From Phoronis australis (Eukaryota; Animalia; Phoronida), in assembly GCA_002633005.1 (NCBI GenBank), contig NMRA01000063.1:414010-478009 (forward strand): a stretch of 64,000 nucleotides of DNA, written 5' to 3'. A program made the translations under genes and the position numbers. How positions within the stretch are numbered: position 1 is the first letter of the stretch; each line of letters opens with the position of its first letter. Under the pieces are notes generated by a model. That model saw only the letters and a list, made by a program, of their open reading frames with translations. It made no database searches and had not been told where the DNA came from. This document shows positions 25,210 through 38,334 of this stretch, piece after piece.

Positions 25210-25414
25210 CAACCGATGGTTGATGATAATTGTGATATGTGTGACTCATGACGATGGAGCCGAGGATTGGTCCTGGATTCGAGCACTCGACGTCATTAAA
25301 TGCAAAGTACCATGCGCAGCTCTGGGAGTTGGAATTCCAGTATGACGCTCTCAAGGTGCCCAACCAACGTACTTTGAGTGCACTGCGGCTTGACAACTTG
25401 AAGTATTCCACTTT
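25210..25414 (-). CDS. PAN + 3xCTHRC1-domain gene, exon 8 (domain 3 core)
   Basis: aacag|..G|gtaagt; KVEYFKLSSRSALKVRWLGTLRASYWNSNSQSCAWYFAFNDVECSNPGPILGSIVMSHTYHNYHQPSV; matches CTHRC1 FTKMRSNSALRV..GSLR..RWYFTFNGAECSGPLPI; phase 0-1. Confidence 0.92.
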
Positions 25415-25879
25415 CTGTTCGCAAATAGAACAAGCACATCATGTTTACTGCCCTTTTGGGAATGCCTTTTGAAATGAGGGCAATTAAATTTTATCCAACT
25501 AGAGAGCATTTTGCGGAAATACTTTCTAAAATGAAATCATACCGATAAGAATCTTTAATACGCAGACTCTGATAAAATACCATGAAATTGTTTTAGCGTT
25601 TCCAGCACTTTAACCGGCTATATACCAGCGGTAACATGACGGTTCACAAAACACATTTTCAGTTCCTTTTTACCGCGCAACTCTTGCCAGGCCAAGTTCA
25701 TTCGTTCCTCCAGTCGCGCTGGTCACCCTGAGTTCAGCACCCAGCCATCGCCACCAAACGCTAGTGACGCAAATTTGCTGCGCCATTCGGATGGCAGCAA
25801 ACGCGGTGGATTGATCAAACGAAGAAGCATACTCGGGATAGTCAAAGATTAGTCCAGTGTACTCCCGCTAAGACTTCGG

Positions 25880-26230
25880 CACAGGCGCTTTGGTGAACAC
25901 AAAAATGGATAAACCCACTGCTATCGGTGACCATTTAGTTCCATCTAGCCACACCATCAATATCTACAATACTAGAGTTCTAGCCAGGGGGGAACATTGG
26001 CACTCCCGCAAGATCAAAGAGGCCTTTTACATTAAACAATACAACCCCCCCACTCAACCGTGACCAGGGACTACAACTTCCTCCCATCAACCACAAGGAC
26101 GTGTTACGTTACTTCCGGTTCTACAATGGCGGGAAGACCAGCCATGTGATCAAGGGCCTGAGCTGCAGACTATGCTTATCTGACTTATAGTCTTCTAGTA
26201 AGTAAAGTCTGTCGTTTTTACTATCATCAC
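25880..26230 (+). mobile_element. Penelope-like element 3' remnant (GIY-YIG C-terminus, frameshifted)
   Basis: RFGEHK / AIGDHL..SHTINIYNTRVLARGEHWHSRKIKEAFYIKQYNP / LNRDQGLQLPPI. Confidence 0.8.
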
Positions 26231-26374
26231 AGAAGACGACGATGAATTATTAACACTTTTAATCATTACAGCGGGCTTGTAAAGTCAGTCCCTCAAATTT
26301 GGTTAGCTACCCTTTATATCAGTCTGAATATGTAAAACAAAAATTCCTAGCAATTTCGACTCCACTGTTGCATA

Positions 26375-26471
26375 CACAGGCGTCCTCAGCTTCTGATCGT
26401 CCCCAATACACTACATATAATACTACTATATGTAGTGTATTGGGGACGATCAGAAGCTGAGGACGCCTGTG
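26375..26471. mobile_element. 97-bp fold-back MITE with 8-bp TSD (hAT or P superfamily)
   Basis: Perfect 45-bp arms, 7-nt loop, gttgcata on both flanks, CA..TG ends. Confidence 0.9.
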
Positions 26472-26519
26472 GTTGCATATCGTCAGTGCTCAAACGGGGT
26501 GCTCAAACTTTAGGAAGAC

Positions 26520-26760
26520 TTTGTCAGAAACTTGAAAGCCCCAAATAGCCATGTGGATAGTGCCCTGCAGAAGTGGGTTAGAGTTTTAAATGTTATTTAT
26601 GTTGATGATTTTGATTGGTCCAAAATTTATCCATTACCTTATGTGTTAGCGTTAGATTCATATTTTAAGGTATTTCACGTACAAAATTGTACGCTGTATC
26701 TATAACAACAAATGTATTTTTAACGTTAATTAAAGTTCAAGAGAATGACTTGTGTTACGA
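26520..26760 (+). mobile_element. Tx1/L1-type LINE ORF2 C-terminal fragment
   Basis: Broken frame ALQKW..DFDWSKIYPLPYVLALDSYF/FTYKIV../TTNVFLTLIKVQENDLC resembles the zf-RVT region. Confidence 0.6.
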
Positions 26761-28420
26761 AAATATAAACGTAAATGAACACTTTTCGGTTACCCTGATA
26801 AAAAATTAACATCTATTTGCATATTTACAAACATGATAACAAGTTACACGAAACTTGGGACGAAGACAGGGTCGAACGTCAGCACCAACAGTCCAAAACT
26901 TGAAATTTGCGGCATCTCCAGTCTTCATCACCAAGGCGTCCTCACGCGTTCCGTTGAGTCCACTAGTCCACCAAAATAATACAGTCAAGTTCCATACACA
27001 AGACGCTACTGTCCGCGCCGTAGCAAAGGCTCACCACGTGAACAAATAACGCTCAGTATTCAGAAAGTATGAAGAAACCATAAAGTCCAGCCTCAGTGTT
27101 CAGACAAATCATGATACACGTCTGCTCACCATCAGCGACCAACTAGAACTCCGATAAAACTCAAAACTGCCCCCTAGCTCTCATAGTCAGACTATATGAA
27201 AAGAAATTAGCGCGAAATTCTTGCCTCCCAAAACGTCACTTCCGGAGTAGACTACGAGTAATTAATTAAATTACGAAAAGCAGTAAATAAGTGAAAAAAT
27301 ATGTCTGGGATAATCAACGAACCTTATTTTTGCTAAAAATGACATGAAAAAAGGTTGCCTTCGCCTTTAATGATACTCACAATACTGCTATATCTGGTCT
27401 CTGGTCTCGTTTTCGCACCATTGGAGTTTCTCATTATTTGTTGGCGTCTTGCTTTTTAATTTTTTTCTCGACTGCATTTATTGCATTCGAGCTTCAAATG
27501 CCAGCGAAGTGTTACTGCAACCAATCAGCTACATCGACATGTATATAATGTTCTCATTGGTTGCAATTTAGCAATGCGTTTCCTACCTCCGGGAGATTTC
27601 TATCTGGGACCGTTCATATCAACCAATCACTCACACTTCATGCCTTATATATAATACCTCATTGCGAATCCCCCTTCCCTCATGCTCCATTCCAGGATTC
27701 CAGTGGCCAAGATAAAATTTCAGATGCTTTACAAATGAAACTTTTGCCAAGACCAAATGTCAACAGTTGTACAACAGAACAATTTCATACACCCAGAACC
27801 CATAATTTCAGCTGCCGTATATAACTACAGTTGAACCACCGTACAGTAAATAATAAACAGATTCAGACTCCACCCACTGCAATTGTGGTTGAAATATAGT
27901 TCAACAGTAGAACTCAAGTGAACAGTCACCCTGCAACTGCATAACCAAATGTAAAATAAATAAAACCCAAATTTTGTTTTGATGAGTGTGAAGAACACCG
28001 GTGTAGCTACAGAGGGCCATGTCCCCCTTCATGACAGCGTTCTGTCGTTCAGCAACTTTCCAGACGTGAAGGGTTCTAAACGTGCGGTAACATCTGGCTT
28101 TTTTGTTAACTGCCCAGGACAGTCGTTTGTCCCGTATGACTACAAGCAGGCCAATTATCTACCAGGCTTCACTGGGTTACTGAAACCTGGCAGAATAGAT
28201 TGTCCTAACCAGTGGCGGATCTAGGATATCACAAGAGGGGGCCCAACATTTTGTCTGTAAACATTTGCGCAAAGCACGACTGTAGATGCGCATAGCACCC
28301 AATGGGGGGAGGTCGGGAGGGGAGAAATTTTTAATTTCTGTTTTTTCCTTGTATCCCGAAGTATTATCCAAGAAAAAAGGCAAAAAAGAGAAAGTGTCAA
28401 ACAGGAAAAACTGCAGGAAC

Positions 28421-28480
28421 CACAGACTCGAACTCACGACCTGACGATAGAGCACGCGTGCTTTACCACTGCACCACCAC
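28421..28480 (-). mobile_element. tRNA-like SINE head or tRNA relic
   Basis: A box tggtgcagtgg and B box gttcgagtc; no complete cloverleaf. Confidence 0.5.
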
Positions 28481-29681
28481 GATTTAACTCCTAATTTGCT
28501 ACTAAGAGACCTACTTGTTTATGGTCCACAGCGTTTACGGGCGAAACCTTTTTTGTAATGTTTATTACAATTTTTATATTTTGTGCAATCAGTTCGTAAC
28601 AAATTTGTTGTATTTAAAATAGTCTTTAATTGCCCAAAAGACCAAATCCGTTATTTTGTGTTGGCATAATGACGCGATTGCTTTGGAAATCGTCTTAAGG
28701 TTTGACAAAGAGAGAATTATGAGTTTCTGAGTGATTCACTGAGGCTTCGATTAAAATTCACATCTTACCAGCAGCTTCTGTTTTTTCATCGTCACCCAGA
28801 TTCCATTTTCTTTAAAAAATGAAGTAATTTTCTTCATTGCACAGTGAAGCAGACGACGGAAACAGAGTCGTAGTGCGCAGCCCCACTGCCGGTCGCCTGG
28901 GATATCGCGGGAGAGCCTATATACTTAGCCATAGTTCCGTTACGATTGATCCGTGTTCCGAATTTGACACTTGAAATTGGATCTGAGCCCCCCCCCCCAA
29001 CACAATAAAACTGCACACATTTCAATCTTGTTTCCGCCGTATAATGTTAATTACCGGGGTTAATTAATAAACTCAACATTTCCCTACGCTCTTGCTATTT
29101 TATTTTTTGCGGCCAAGGGGCAGGCTGATCCGATCCGATCGGAGATTAGAGCAAAAGAGAGCCGGCCCTCCCGACCATAAATGCCAGAGTGGAGTTAATC
29201 AGTCGTGTAAGATATTGGCTACAGGGGTAAACTTCCCAACTTGCTGTTGGGCTATTGAATCGAACAAATTGGGAGCAACGGGAAAACGCCGTAATGTTGA
29301 TCATTGATAAAAAATCCTCCCCGGGTCAATTTCAATTCATTTCAAAATGCCCTCTTTGCCACTCGTTTTCTCAATCACCTGGTCTCCAGCAATTTCACGT
29401 TTGTTCCGCCCCCTTCCTCTTCGTACTCCTGGATACGCTAGTAGTGATGACCTGTCATGGAGAGTTGTCGTAGCTCCATAGACAGCAGTGTCAGTAATTA
29501 CTAAAATATTGAAGAAACGTTTGCCTGATTCAACCGCCCGCAACATGCGCACAACGCATCTTGTTCAGGTAACATCAAAGATTTTATAGTTACCTTGGGA
29601 TATAGTATCTTTGGTATCACACACAAGTTTTCGTAGACTGAATTAATTTCAGTCTAGCGCGGAAAAATAATGTAAACTCAC

Positions 29682-29782
29682 TTTGATTTGCCCGTTGGTC
29701 GTCCCCGTATTCAGTGAGTGCCAATAGTGGTGAGCCAAGTTGAACTGCGGCACACGGACGCTTGTGCCATCTGGTCGAACAT
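29682..29782 (-). CDS. PAN + 3xCTHRC1-domain gene, exon 7 (linker + domain 3 N-strand)
   Basis: ctttag|..|gtgagt; (Y)VRPDGTSVRVPQFNLAHHYWHSLNTGTTNGQIK, cf. CTHRC1 [21 protein letters not shown]; phase 1-0. Confidence 0.9.
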
Positions 29783-30783
29783 CTAAAGATAGAACGTCGC
29801 AAATAACCCACTGCTTTAGACAAAGGCTAAATTACTAAACAATGGTGTCAGTGCAGGGTGCAAAGAATGTTATGGTTTCGCCTCTAAATTCCAGCTTCGA
29901 TACCCCAAGCCCCCGTCTCGAACCAGTAAACACCAAACCCAAGGTACAAAGTCCATACCTGCGCCCATTAACTCGACACATGCACCAAAAATACCGGACG
30001 GTACCACACAACATCCAATCCTGGACCATGGGTCTGGCTGAAGAACTGATCCTCGGGTATATGGAACAGGGTATGATGCATTTTCTTTGGGTGTGTGGAG
30101 TTTGGGTAGAGGGTACGAAGGCTGTACCACAGGTTTTGTGTGTTAGTCTGATACTGATGATACAGCGAATGAAGCTAGAATTTAGGTGAGCACGATGGGA
30201 TCGTGTCCATCCCTGAATGTAGTCGTAGAAAATTAGAAGATAAATTAGGTTCTGTTACGTAGTAATGCAGTAAGACACACTGTTTTCGTAGACATGAAAT
30301 AAAGTGACAAATGTACTTAAATTCAGGCCGTGGTATTGCAAAAATTCCGGAAGATGAAATTTTACTCGGTGTAGGATTCCATGGCTGTAATAACTGTCTA
30401 CAATGCTGCCTTTATATCATATTTACATAAGTGTTAAAACTAAGGCGACGTGACATTTAACTTTTAGTAAGGTATCAAAGAAGTCTACAATGTGGTTGCC
30501 GTTCGCAAAGATAATTTACTCTGTATGTTTACACGACTCAAGAAATTCCCCTTGCCGTGCGAGAGACGATGACAAGACACGAAATTTAAGTTTGTAATAA
30601 TTACGTGAGACTACATGCGCATTACAAAAGAAATGTATCTCCTCGTGTATTCGTGAAAAAGAAAGCTAAACAGCTGAGGGAGACAGACTGTCGACCTTGA
30701 GAAGATAGGGCGTTTGGCAGCCTGAAAACTGCAGACGATCGCTTCTTTCGCTTGTTCCTTTTTTACGTAGAGTGACTACTTAC

Positions 30784-30936
30784 ATGCACTGATCTTTGAA
30801 TTCAACCTGACTTCCTCAACAATAATTCGACTGTAGCTGTTCGAACCCTGGTAGGGACTTATGGATCCGCCGCAGTCTTGATGCCATAGCTGGATTTTTA
30901 CATTGCCTTCAGCTAGTCCTTTACAGATTCCACCAA
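30784..30936 (-). CDS. PAN + 3xCTHRC1-domain gene, exon 6 (domain 2 C-half)
   Basis: ttttgtag|..T|gtaagt; (I)GGICKGLAEGNVKIQLWHQDCGGSISPYQGSNSYSRIIVEEVRLNSKISA; phase 1-1. Confidence 0.93.
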
Positions 30937-31577
30937 CTACAAAATTGGCATGATTCGCAAGAATCTCCGATCAATGTCTGGAGCACCTTAAGTTCGACTC
31001 TAGGGTCACTCGGTGATTTTGATCTTGAAAAGCGTACTTCATACTGTGTAGGTCATTCTTTTTCAAGTTAGCACCATGAATATTTTAGTCCAAATTAGCT
31101 CATTTTTGGTTCAAGGAGGCTCAATAAGTAAAACAGTTTCAAAACGGTTTAGAAGAATTGGAAACAAAAAATCTTAATGATGTACTATTAGACACAACCT
31201 CTCTATCAGAAAACAGCTTCTGCATCTTCAAACGGGTTTCTGTTAACTTTCTTTTGAGCGCCAGAATTCGGTAAATTTTGCCATTTTTGTGTTTGATTTT
31301 TAGCTATTTTTGAGGTGCTCTGCGGGCCAGTTAGCGGGGCGCTGGTAGTTTCAAATACAATTTTCCATCATGCAGTTTGTTTCGACAAACTAAGAAAATA
31401 ACAAATATTAAAAAATGTTTTTTATTTGTTTCCAAGCAACAGCCGGCAATGCAAAGGACAAACTATCGCGCATTTTACAGTCCTTGACTACAAGCAATCT
31501 GTAGATGTATCTATTAAAGCTCGTTAAAGGAGATTCAGTAATTTTTGCAAAATATTTTTCTATTGTGATGAAAACCA

Positions 31578-32833
31578 TAATCTTCTTAGCCCATACATAC
31601 AAACTATTCACAAGGCTATTAAAAATGGAAAGGAGAAACAACTGGAAGAAAATCAACCCCGAGAACAAGCAGGGTTTAAAAAGAGCTACTCAGCAACAGA
31701 CCATCTGCAAGCGCTTGGACAAACAATTGAAAAATGTAACGAATTTAACCTGCCACTGTGTGTTGGTTTCATAGACTATGAAAAAGCTTTTGATTCAATT
31801 GAACATTTTGCCATTATTGAAGCCCTAAAAACATCAACATAAATGAAAAATATGTAAAACTGCTGCAAAATATATATACAGATGCAACCGCCACAATACA
31901 CATCGACAACCACGTCTCTGAAAGATTCAACATAGAGAGAGGAGTTCGACAGGCAGACCCAATTTCACCTAAACTGTTTACACTGACAATGGAAGAGATC
32001 TTCAAATCTTCAGACCTTCGAAGGGGAGTAAACATAGACGGAGAACATCTAACAGACCTAAGATTTGCAGATGATGTTGCTTTGTGCACAGAAGACATAA
32101 CACAACTAGAAACAAATTTAAATATACTAAATGAAGAAAACAACAATGTGGGATTAAAGATACACAAGGACAAGACAAAGTACATGACAAATTTTGAAAC
32201 AGATGAACAAGTAATGGTGGAGAACAAGATCATTGAAAAAGTCACACAATATAAATACCTGGCACACTATACAAATGGGGAACCGTATGACCAATGAAAT
32301 ACAAATCCGAATAAGAGCTGAATGGAGTTACTTTGGAAAAAAACAGAGAGATATTCCAAGATAAGAACATACCCATATCCCTGAAAAGAAAAGTATTTGA
32401 CCAGTGCATCATCCCCACAATTACCTATGGATGCCAAACATGGACCTTAACAAAGCAGATAAAAACACAGAGAGCAATGGAAAGAAAAATGCTTGGAATA
32501 AAATTACTAGACAGGATTCCACACACAGAGATAAGAGAACAAACAAGAGTCATGGACATAATCAAGACAATTCTGAAATTGAAATGGAGGTGGGGCGGAC
32601 ACGTGTCCAGAGCACAGGACAACAGATGGACAAAAAGATTACAGAGTGGCAACCCAGATATGGAAAGAGATCAAGAGGACGGCCCCACGCCAGATGGAGA
32701 GATGACATCGTGAAAACGATAGGCCCAACATGGATGAGAGCAGCAAGAGACAGAACAAGTTGGAAGGCATTGTCAGAGGACTACATCCTGCAGTGGATGG
32801 ACAACGCCTAGATGAGATGAGATGAGATGAGAT
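31578..32833 (+). mobile_element. RTE-clade LINE, 5'-truncated, frameshifted
   Basis: LLSHTYKLFTR, IDYEKAFDS, RGVRQADPISPKLF, LRFADD, KWRWGGHVSR..DNRWTK, EWQPR..KRSRGRP..RW; (GATGA)n tail; imperfect TSD gatgaaaacca/gattaaaacca. Confidence 0.95.
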
Positions 32834-33019
32834 TAAAACCAGCGACTTCAATTTTTAAATGATTCAAGTACTGCTAGCCTCCCTGGTGACAGCTTCTATA
32901 ACTAAATTTCTTTGGTAAAAGTTCATGAAATTTGGCAAAATGTTTCTATCGAAATGTTTTCAAGTGATTCTAACCTGTGTTGTCCTACCGGCAGTAGTTA
33001 TAAGCGTTTTGGAGACGGT

Positions 33020-33775
33020 TCACGTGTCTAATGTTTGCAACCACACCTGCCGCCAGCAAGTGTCTAATGTTTGCAACCCCACCTGTCGTCAACATGTGTC
33101 TAATGTTTGCAACCACACCTGTCGTCAGCATGTGTATAATGTTTGCAACCACGCCTGTCCTCATCATGTGTCTAATGTTTGCAACCACACCTGTCGTCAG
33201 CATGTGTCTAATGTTTGCAACAACACCTGCCGTCAACATGTGTCTAATGTTTGCAACCACACCTGCCGTCAGCATGTTCTAATGTTTGCAACCCCACCTG
33301 TCGTCAAAATATGTCTAATGTTGGCAACCACACCTGTCGTCACCATGTGTCTAATGTTTGCAACAACACCTGCCGTCAGCATGTGTCTAATGATTGCAAC
33401 CACACCTGTCGTCAACATGTGTCTAATGTTTGCAGCCACATCTGCCGTCAGCACGTGTCTAATGTTTGCAACCCCACCTGTCGGCAAAATGTGTCTAATG
33501 TTGGCAACCACAACTGTCGTCACCATGTGTCTAATGTTTGCAACCACACCTGCCGTCAGCATGTGTCTAATGTTTGCAACAACACCTGTCGTCAACATGT
33601 GTCTAATGTTGGCAACCACACCTGCCGTCAGCATGTGTCTAATGTTTGCAACCACACCTGTCGTCAGCATGTGTCTAATGTTTGCAACCCCACCTGTCGT
33701 CAACATGTGTCTAATGTTTGCAACACCTGCCGTCAGCATGTGTCTAATGCTTGCAACCCCACCTGTCGTCAGATG
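33020..33775. repeat. 36-bp minisatellite, about 21 copies
   Basis: catgtgtctaatgtttgcaaccacacctgtcgtcag. Confidence 0.97.
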
Positions 33776-34442
33776 CTAACTACTGCTGCGACAGTCTACC
33801 TTATTACCGAACAATCGTTATATTAAATGTAATGAAGCCTTTTCAATATGATTTTTTTTCATTTCTACAGGATTCCAAAAAGTGATTTCGTCACTTCCTA
33901 TAAGAGATAAAACATATCTCAAAAATATTGGACGCATGGGCTTCAAACTTTAAAGTTAGTTGAGGGTTGATTCTAGTAAATAATCTCAAGTGATATCAGA
34001 ACAGCAAAGTTGATGTGTAAGCCAAAATGATCGTGACAACCTTTTAACACAGTAATTTATTTTAGAAAATCTCTGCAATACAAAGGGAGCCATCATTATG
34101 AAAGTAGAAGTGCATAACTGCTACCATGGCCACTGAGTACTCCAAAAACATTTCTCCATGATTATAAAATAGGAGATGTTGCACGAAAGAAGGGTTTGAG
34201 TAAGTGTCACGTGTCACACTTCATCATCCAAATGCAGCCTATACCTGTAAACCAATTAAGATTTATTCGCATTTTGTTGCTCTTAATTTGTTAACATACG
34301 TCATAAAAATGATTTGAAAATACAGGTCCAAATATAGGTCAAAATATAGTAGCAAGCAACCCATTTTTCCTACCAGAGAAACTGACCACTCGGAATGAGT
34401 TGACACGGCACAGCTTTGTGAGTAAACAGAGGTTAAACTTAC

Positions 34443-34653
34443 TTGGGTGATCTCTCATTTGGTATCCCGTCTTTGAACTGCCATAATGTGTTATAATACC
34501 ATCTATTTTCCCTGGGTTAGAACACTCCAAGTCGTTGAACCTGAGGGAGTATAGCGCGCAGGTAGTACCTGTGTGACTAGGAAGCTCACGGAGTTGACCT
34601 CGCCACACGACCCTTAGTCCCGTTGACGACAATCGCTTCGAAAAATTTATTAT
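34443..34653 (-). CDS. PAN + 3xCTHRC1-domain gene, exon 5 (domain 2 core)
   Basis: tttttcttcactag|..A|gtaagt; IINFSKRLSSTGLRVVWRGQLRELPSHTGTTCALYSLRFNDLECSNPGKIDGIITHYGSSKTGYQMRDHP; phase 0-1. Confidence 0.92.
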
Positions 34654-35581
34654 CTAGTGAAGAAAAACAGTGGTTTTACACAGAGTTTTGAACAGCTGCA
34701 TGTCGCACTTGTTAATATAGCTAAAAATGAAAATCGAATTAGTTCTTTACTCTAATGAAATTGTCATGATAATCCTTATCATGATCTGATTCTATTACAA
34801 TTAGAAATTAACAAACACTTGATCCAAATCCTTTACTCAAGAAAGCGGCGAAATAATGTTAGGGATATTTCGGCAAACACTGCGGCGTTAAGCAAACAAT
34901 CAATCTTATGTCAAAGTAGCTATTCAAAAATACACATTATTTTCACCAACAATGAAATATAATTGCTTTTTAGCGTTCTTCATAACAAAATCAGTCCATC
35001 ACACAGTTTTTATTTATAGGCAGTAATTTATTTTTGTCACACCTAATAGCTAATCTAAATCATGTAAAAAAGATAATTTCTATTTCTGATATACATCTCG
35101 AATAATATCATTGTAGGCTCTATTATTCTATTCATGTCAGTCCTCAACCAAATCAATATTCACTATTATTCTACATATGTTTGCCATAAGTATGATTTAT
35201 GTCTGGCAAAAATACAGCCAATGGGAATCGAGCAACTATGTCAGATATAGACAAAGGAAAAATGAATTGTGATATAAATCAGCCACTGAGAATTCATCAT
35301 TTCTCTATTTTATGTCTGACGTAATTCTCCGATTCTCATTCAGATCAGACACAGATTAACGGTGGATTTTAAACTCGTTTTAACCAGACATAAGTAGAGA
35401 ATGGCAGCGAGTCATGAATCATTGCACATGACAATTAATTCGGGAACTGTGTCAGTCATTATTGAAATTATGTTTAGCACATTTTGACATAATACTTATT
35501 GTAGTATGCGATGTTCATTTGTTTGTGGAATTTCCACGAGAAGTCGTTATGGATTCCAGTTGGTGCACCTTTTAGTAAAAC

Positions 35582-35770
35582 ACCTTATTCACGCAGTCGC
35601 ATTATTACAAAGAATCTCATTTTAGGTTTTAAAAACAATGCTTTCCGCGCTTAATTACAGTGCAGAACATGTTTTTCGCTTGCCTCGTTATATTTATATT
35701 TATATCTCAAATGCATGGTTTTTAAACCTAAACAGAGGAACATTTTTAAAATAGCGACTGCCTGGATAAG
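35582..35770. mobile_element. Small MITE with ~22-bp inverted ends
   Basis: ccttattcacgcagtcgccatt / aatagcgactgcctggataag; right tip interrupted by the next element. Confidence 0.6.
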
Positions 35771-36019
35771 GGGCTTGTTCCAAGAAACTGACTTAAGTTC
35801 ATTTTTTACTTAAGTTTAAAATTTGTCTTAACTTCCAAATTTTGAAACTTCCACATTCGGTAAGTTAGTCAAAATTAAGACAAAACTTATGTCAAACACT
35901 TGAGTCAAACTTAAGATCTCTTTCTTCAATTTATTTTTAAACAGATTTAACTTTCATTTTAAGATTTACTAAAAATTTAAGATTTGTCTTAGCTGAGTGA
36001 CTTTTGTTGGAACGGGCCC
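35771..36019. mobile_element. PIF/Harbinger-like MITE
   Basis: TIRs gggcttgttccaagaaa / ttttgttggaacgggccc; 3-bp TSD AAG; internal cttaag repeats. Confidence 0.75.
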
Positions 36020-36404
36020 AAGGTCTATGGGTAATGTTAAATGGCTAAATCACTAAAAAGTATAAAAGCTCCCAGCGGAGTACGACCTCATTCTAAAACC
36101 AGGTCAACCTGACTTGGAAGCATTTGGCATTGAGTTCATTAAATGGAATTGAATATACAATTTGATGTTTTTTGCACAAACGCCCGCCCATATATAACAT
36201 CATATCGGAAAGCAATGGAAATCTTTTCTATCGCAAGGTCTATATACTCATTTCTCAGTTATTTGTGGTCATTTCACTACATTTATCATACATTAATTTC
36301 TGGTTTCTGATGGGCTGCGGCTACAAACTCCTATTGAACATTGATTATGGTGACGATTCGCATTTACTGACCACATGTGTAAAGCATACGCGCAGGTCAC
36401 TTAC

Positions 36405-36499
36405 TGCAAAGGCTACTGCGTCGTTCTTTGTTGCCGCATCATTTTGCCAGAAAGCTTGTTTGACGTTGAACGAACTCAAGGCAGAACACGTCGTTTTGT
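36405..36499 (-). CDS. PAN + 3xCTHRC1-domain gene, exon 4 (linker + domain 2 N-strand)
   Basis: ttctcatctag|..|gtaagt; (D)KTTCSALSSFNVKQAFWQNDAATKNDAVAFA, cf. NYKQCSW; phase 1-0. Confidence 0.9.
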
Positions 36500-37037
36500 C
36501 TAGATGAGAACAAACGCGTAATCGTGATTACTGTGTCACACAAATTTGTGATTGTATTAATAACAGCATAAGCACAAAAAAGGAACCTGTTAATGGTAGA
36601 CAAACGTGAAAAATATTTAGTTACAACTTTTATGTCCAGAAAACATGGGTTTGTACACTTTCAAAAATGAACCCACCTTTCGTCCCAAAGCCAACTTTTG
36701 ATTTAGTTTTTTAAGTTCTCTTAAAAAGTTGTTTATTGATCGACACAATGTTCTAAAGCTTGACATATCATTGCTTGTCATATTATTGGTCGAACATAGT
36801 AAGACCAAACATATCTCCTAATTTGACCCACAAACAAGTCGAGTTCAACTTTTTAGCGCCAAATGATCTAAATCTAAATCCAGTTTCTGCGACGGAACGA
36901 GGGTTTGTTACCGATTGAACGAGGGTTTGTTACCGATTGAACGACAGTTTGTTACCGATTGAACGACAAAAGCTACTGCAGTACTTGCTGCAACTCATTT
37001 TAATCAGGCGTCAGCTGTCATGGCAAGTATACTTTAC

Positions 37038-37205
37038 CTAAGCTCGCGGACATGTCCACTTCCCGAACCATGAGGCGCGCGTACGAATGGGAAGCGAACA
37101 ATATGTGCGAGCTGTAAGAACTGTTTTCCGTACTTCCTTTACAGTTGCTTACATAAACATCAATGGTAACGTCACCGGCCGCCAGTCCTTCACAAATACC
37201 ATCAA
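37038..37205 (-). CDS. PAN + 3xCTHRC1-domain gene, exon 3 (domain 1 C-half)
   Basis: gttttag|..G|gtaaag; (V)DGICEGLAAGDVTIDVYVSNCKGSTENSSYSSHILFASHSYARLMVREVDMSASL; phase 1-1. Confidence 0.93.
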
Positions 37206-38334
37206 CTAAAACATTTCATCCAATAAATAATATTTGATACTGTACATTCTCAAATATAATTTCTTTTTCAGTGTAATCTATATGTGTCAAATCACATGTA
37301 ATGTTGTCACAGTTATTAACATAAAGTAAAATTTGATTTGCGGGTAGTTAAAAAGACGAAGTTAACAGCTCCAAACTCAGTTTGTTCAATTCGGCCAGTG
37401 TCACCGACGGAATTTGAATTCTTGAATGTAATTAAAATTTTCTTTACTTTAACCGAAAGCTGATGTTGGTTCACCTAGAATAGCACAATTAGAGAAAAAA
37501 CATATTAATTGATGCTGGGGCATCTACAATAGCACAATTAGAGTAAATAAAAGCATATTAATTAACATCAACTTATTTACGAGGACATTTGGTCAATCTT
37601 CACCAAGTTTCATATTCTCTATTTATCGCAAGATAATATTAATGTTTTAAACACTGAAATTACTGAACTGTTATTTGAAATGAAGTAAATTAAGAAACGC
37701 TACTTGACCACCTTGTGTCTTTCAAAGCATGTACATGTATAATACGTGTAAAGAATTTTGATTAAAAAATCAATCAAAGTTAATTTTAGTAAAAATACTA
37801 GATTATAATTCAAATTATACCGGAAGCTGCTAATTCATTTTTTCATCCGCAACATGAAGGTAGGAAGTTACTATTACAAAAACATCAACACCACATATTC
37901 TTTTTCAAGTTAAATAGCTTTGAAAAAGATTTAGAAAATATCAGATTAATCTAAGTATTTTTAAAAAAAAGCTCTTGAAAGAAAAAGTATTAAAAACACA
38001 TAATACTAAAAAATATTAAAGCTAATAAAATGTCTTGGTGATTAGTAAACAGCGTCCAGTAAACAGAGTCCAGTAAACAGCGTCCAGTAAACAGCGTCCA
38101 CAATTATTTCAATGTTTATTTCGTGCATGATCTATGTTAAGAGTGTGATTGAATTTGCAAGATTTGGAATTTATTATTGTGATTTCTTTATCTAGATAGT
38201 TTTTCAAAAAACTGTGAATTTGTAAAATTCAATGACAATTGCGCTCATATGATTATTTTAGTACCTTTGTGATCTTTGGTGGATGTTTTTCCTAGAATCA
38301 TTGTGTGGATGTATGGCTTTATGAAAAACAGATG

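Larger units (their letters stand above)
31002..34046. mobile_element. Kolobok-like non-autonomous element hosting an RTE LINE and a minisatellite
   Basis: Weakly inverted ends agggtcactcggtgattttg / caaaatgatcgtgacaacctt-ttaa. Confidence 0.4.

Noticed and set aside
28421-28480. Functional tRNA gene
   Set aside because: A and B boxes only; acceptor and anticodon stems cannot be formed.
29594-29637. Alternative phase 1-0 mini-exon (FYENLCVIPKILYPK) for the novel gene
   Set aside because: No CTHRC1 similarity; 29682-29782 fits the domain and has better splice sites.
32925-33826. Long Cys/His- or Met-rich ORFs (284, 191, 156 aa), one with a hydrophobic N-terminus
   Set aside because: Read-through of a 36-bp minisatellite that is open in several frames on both strands and lies inside a transposon within an intron.
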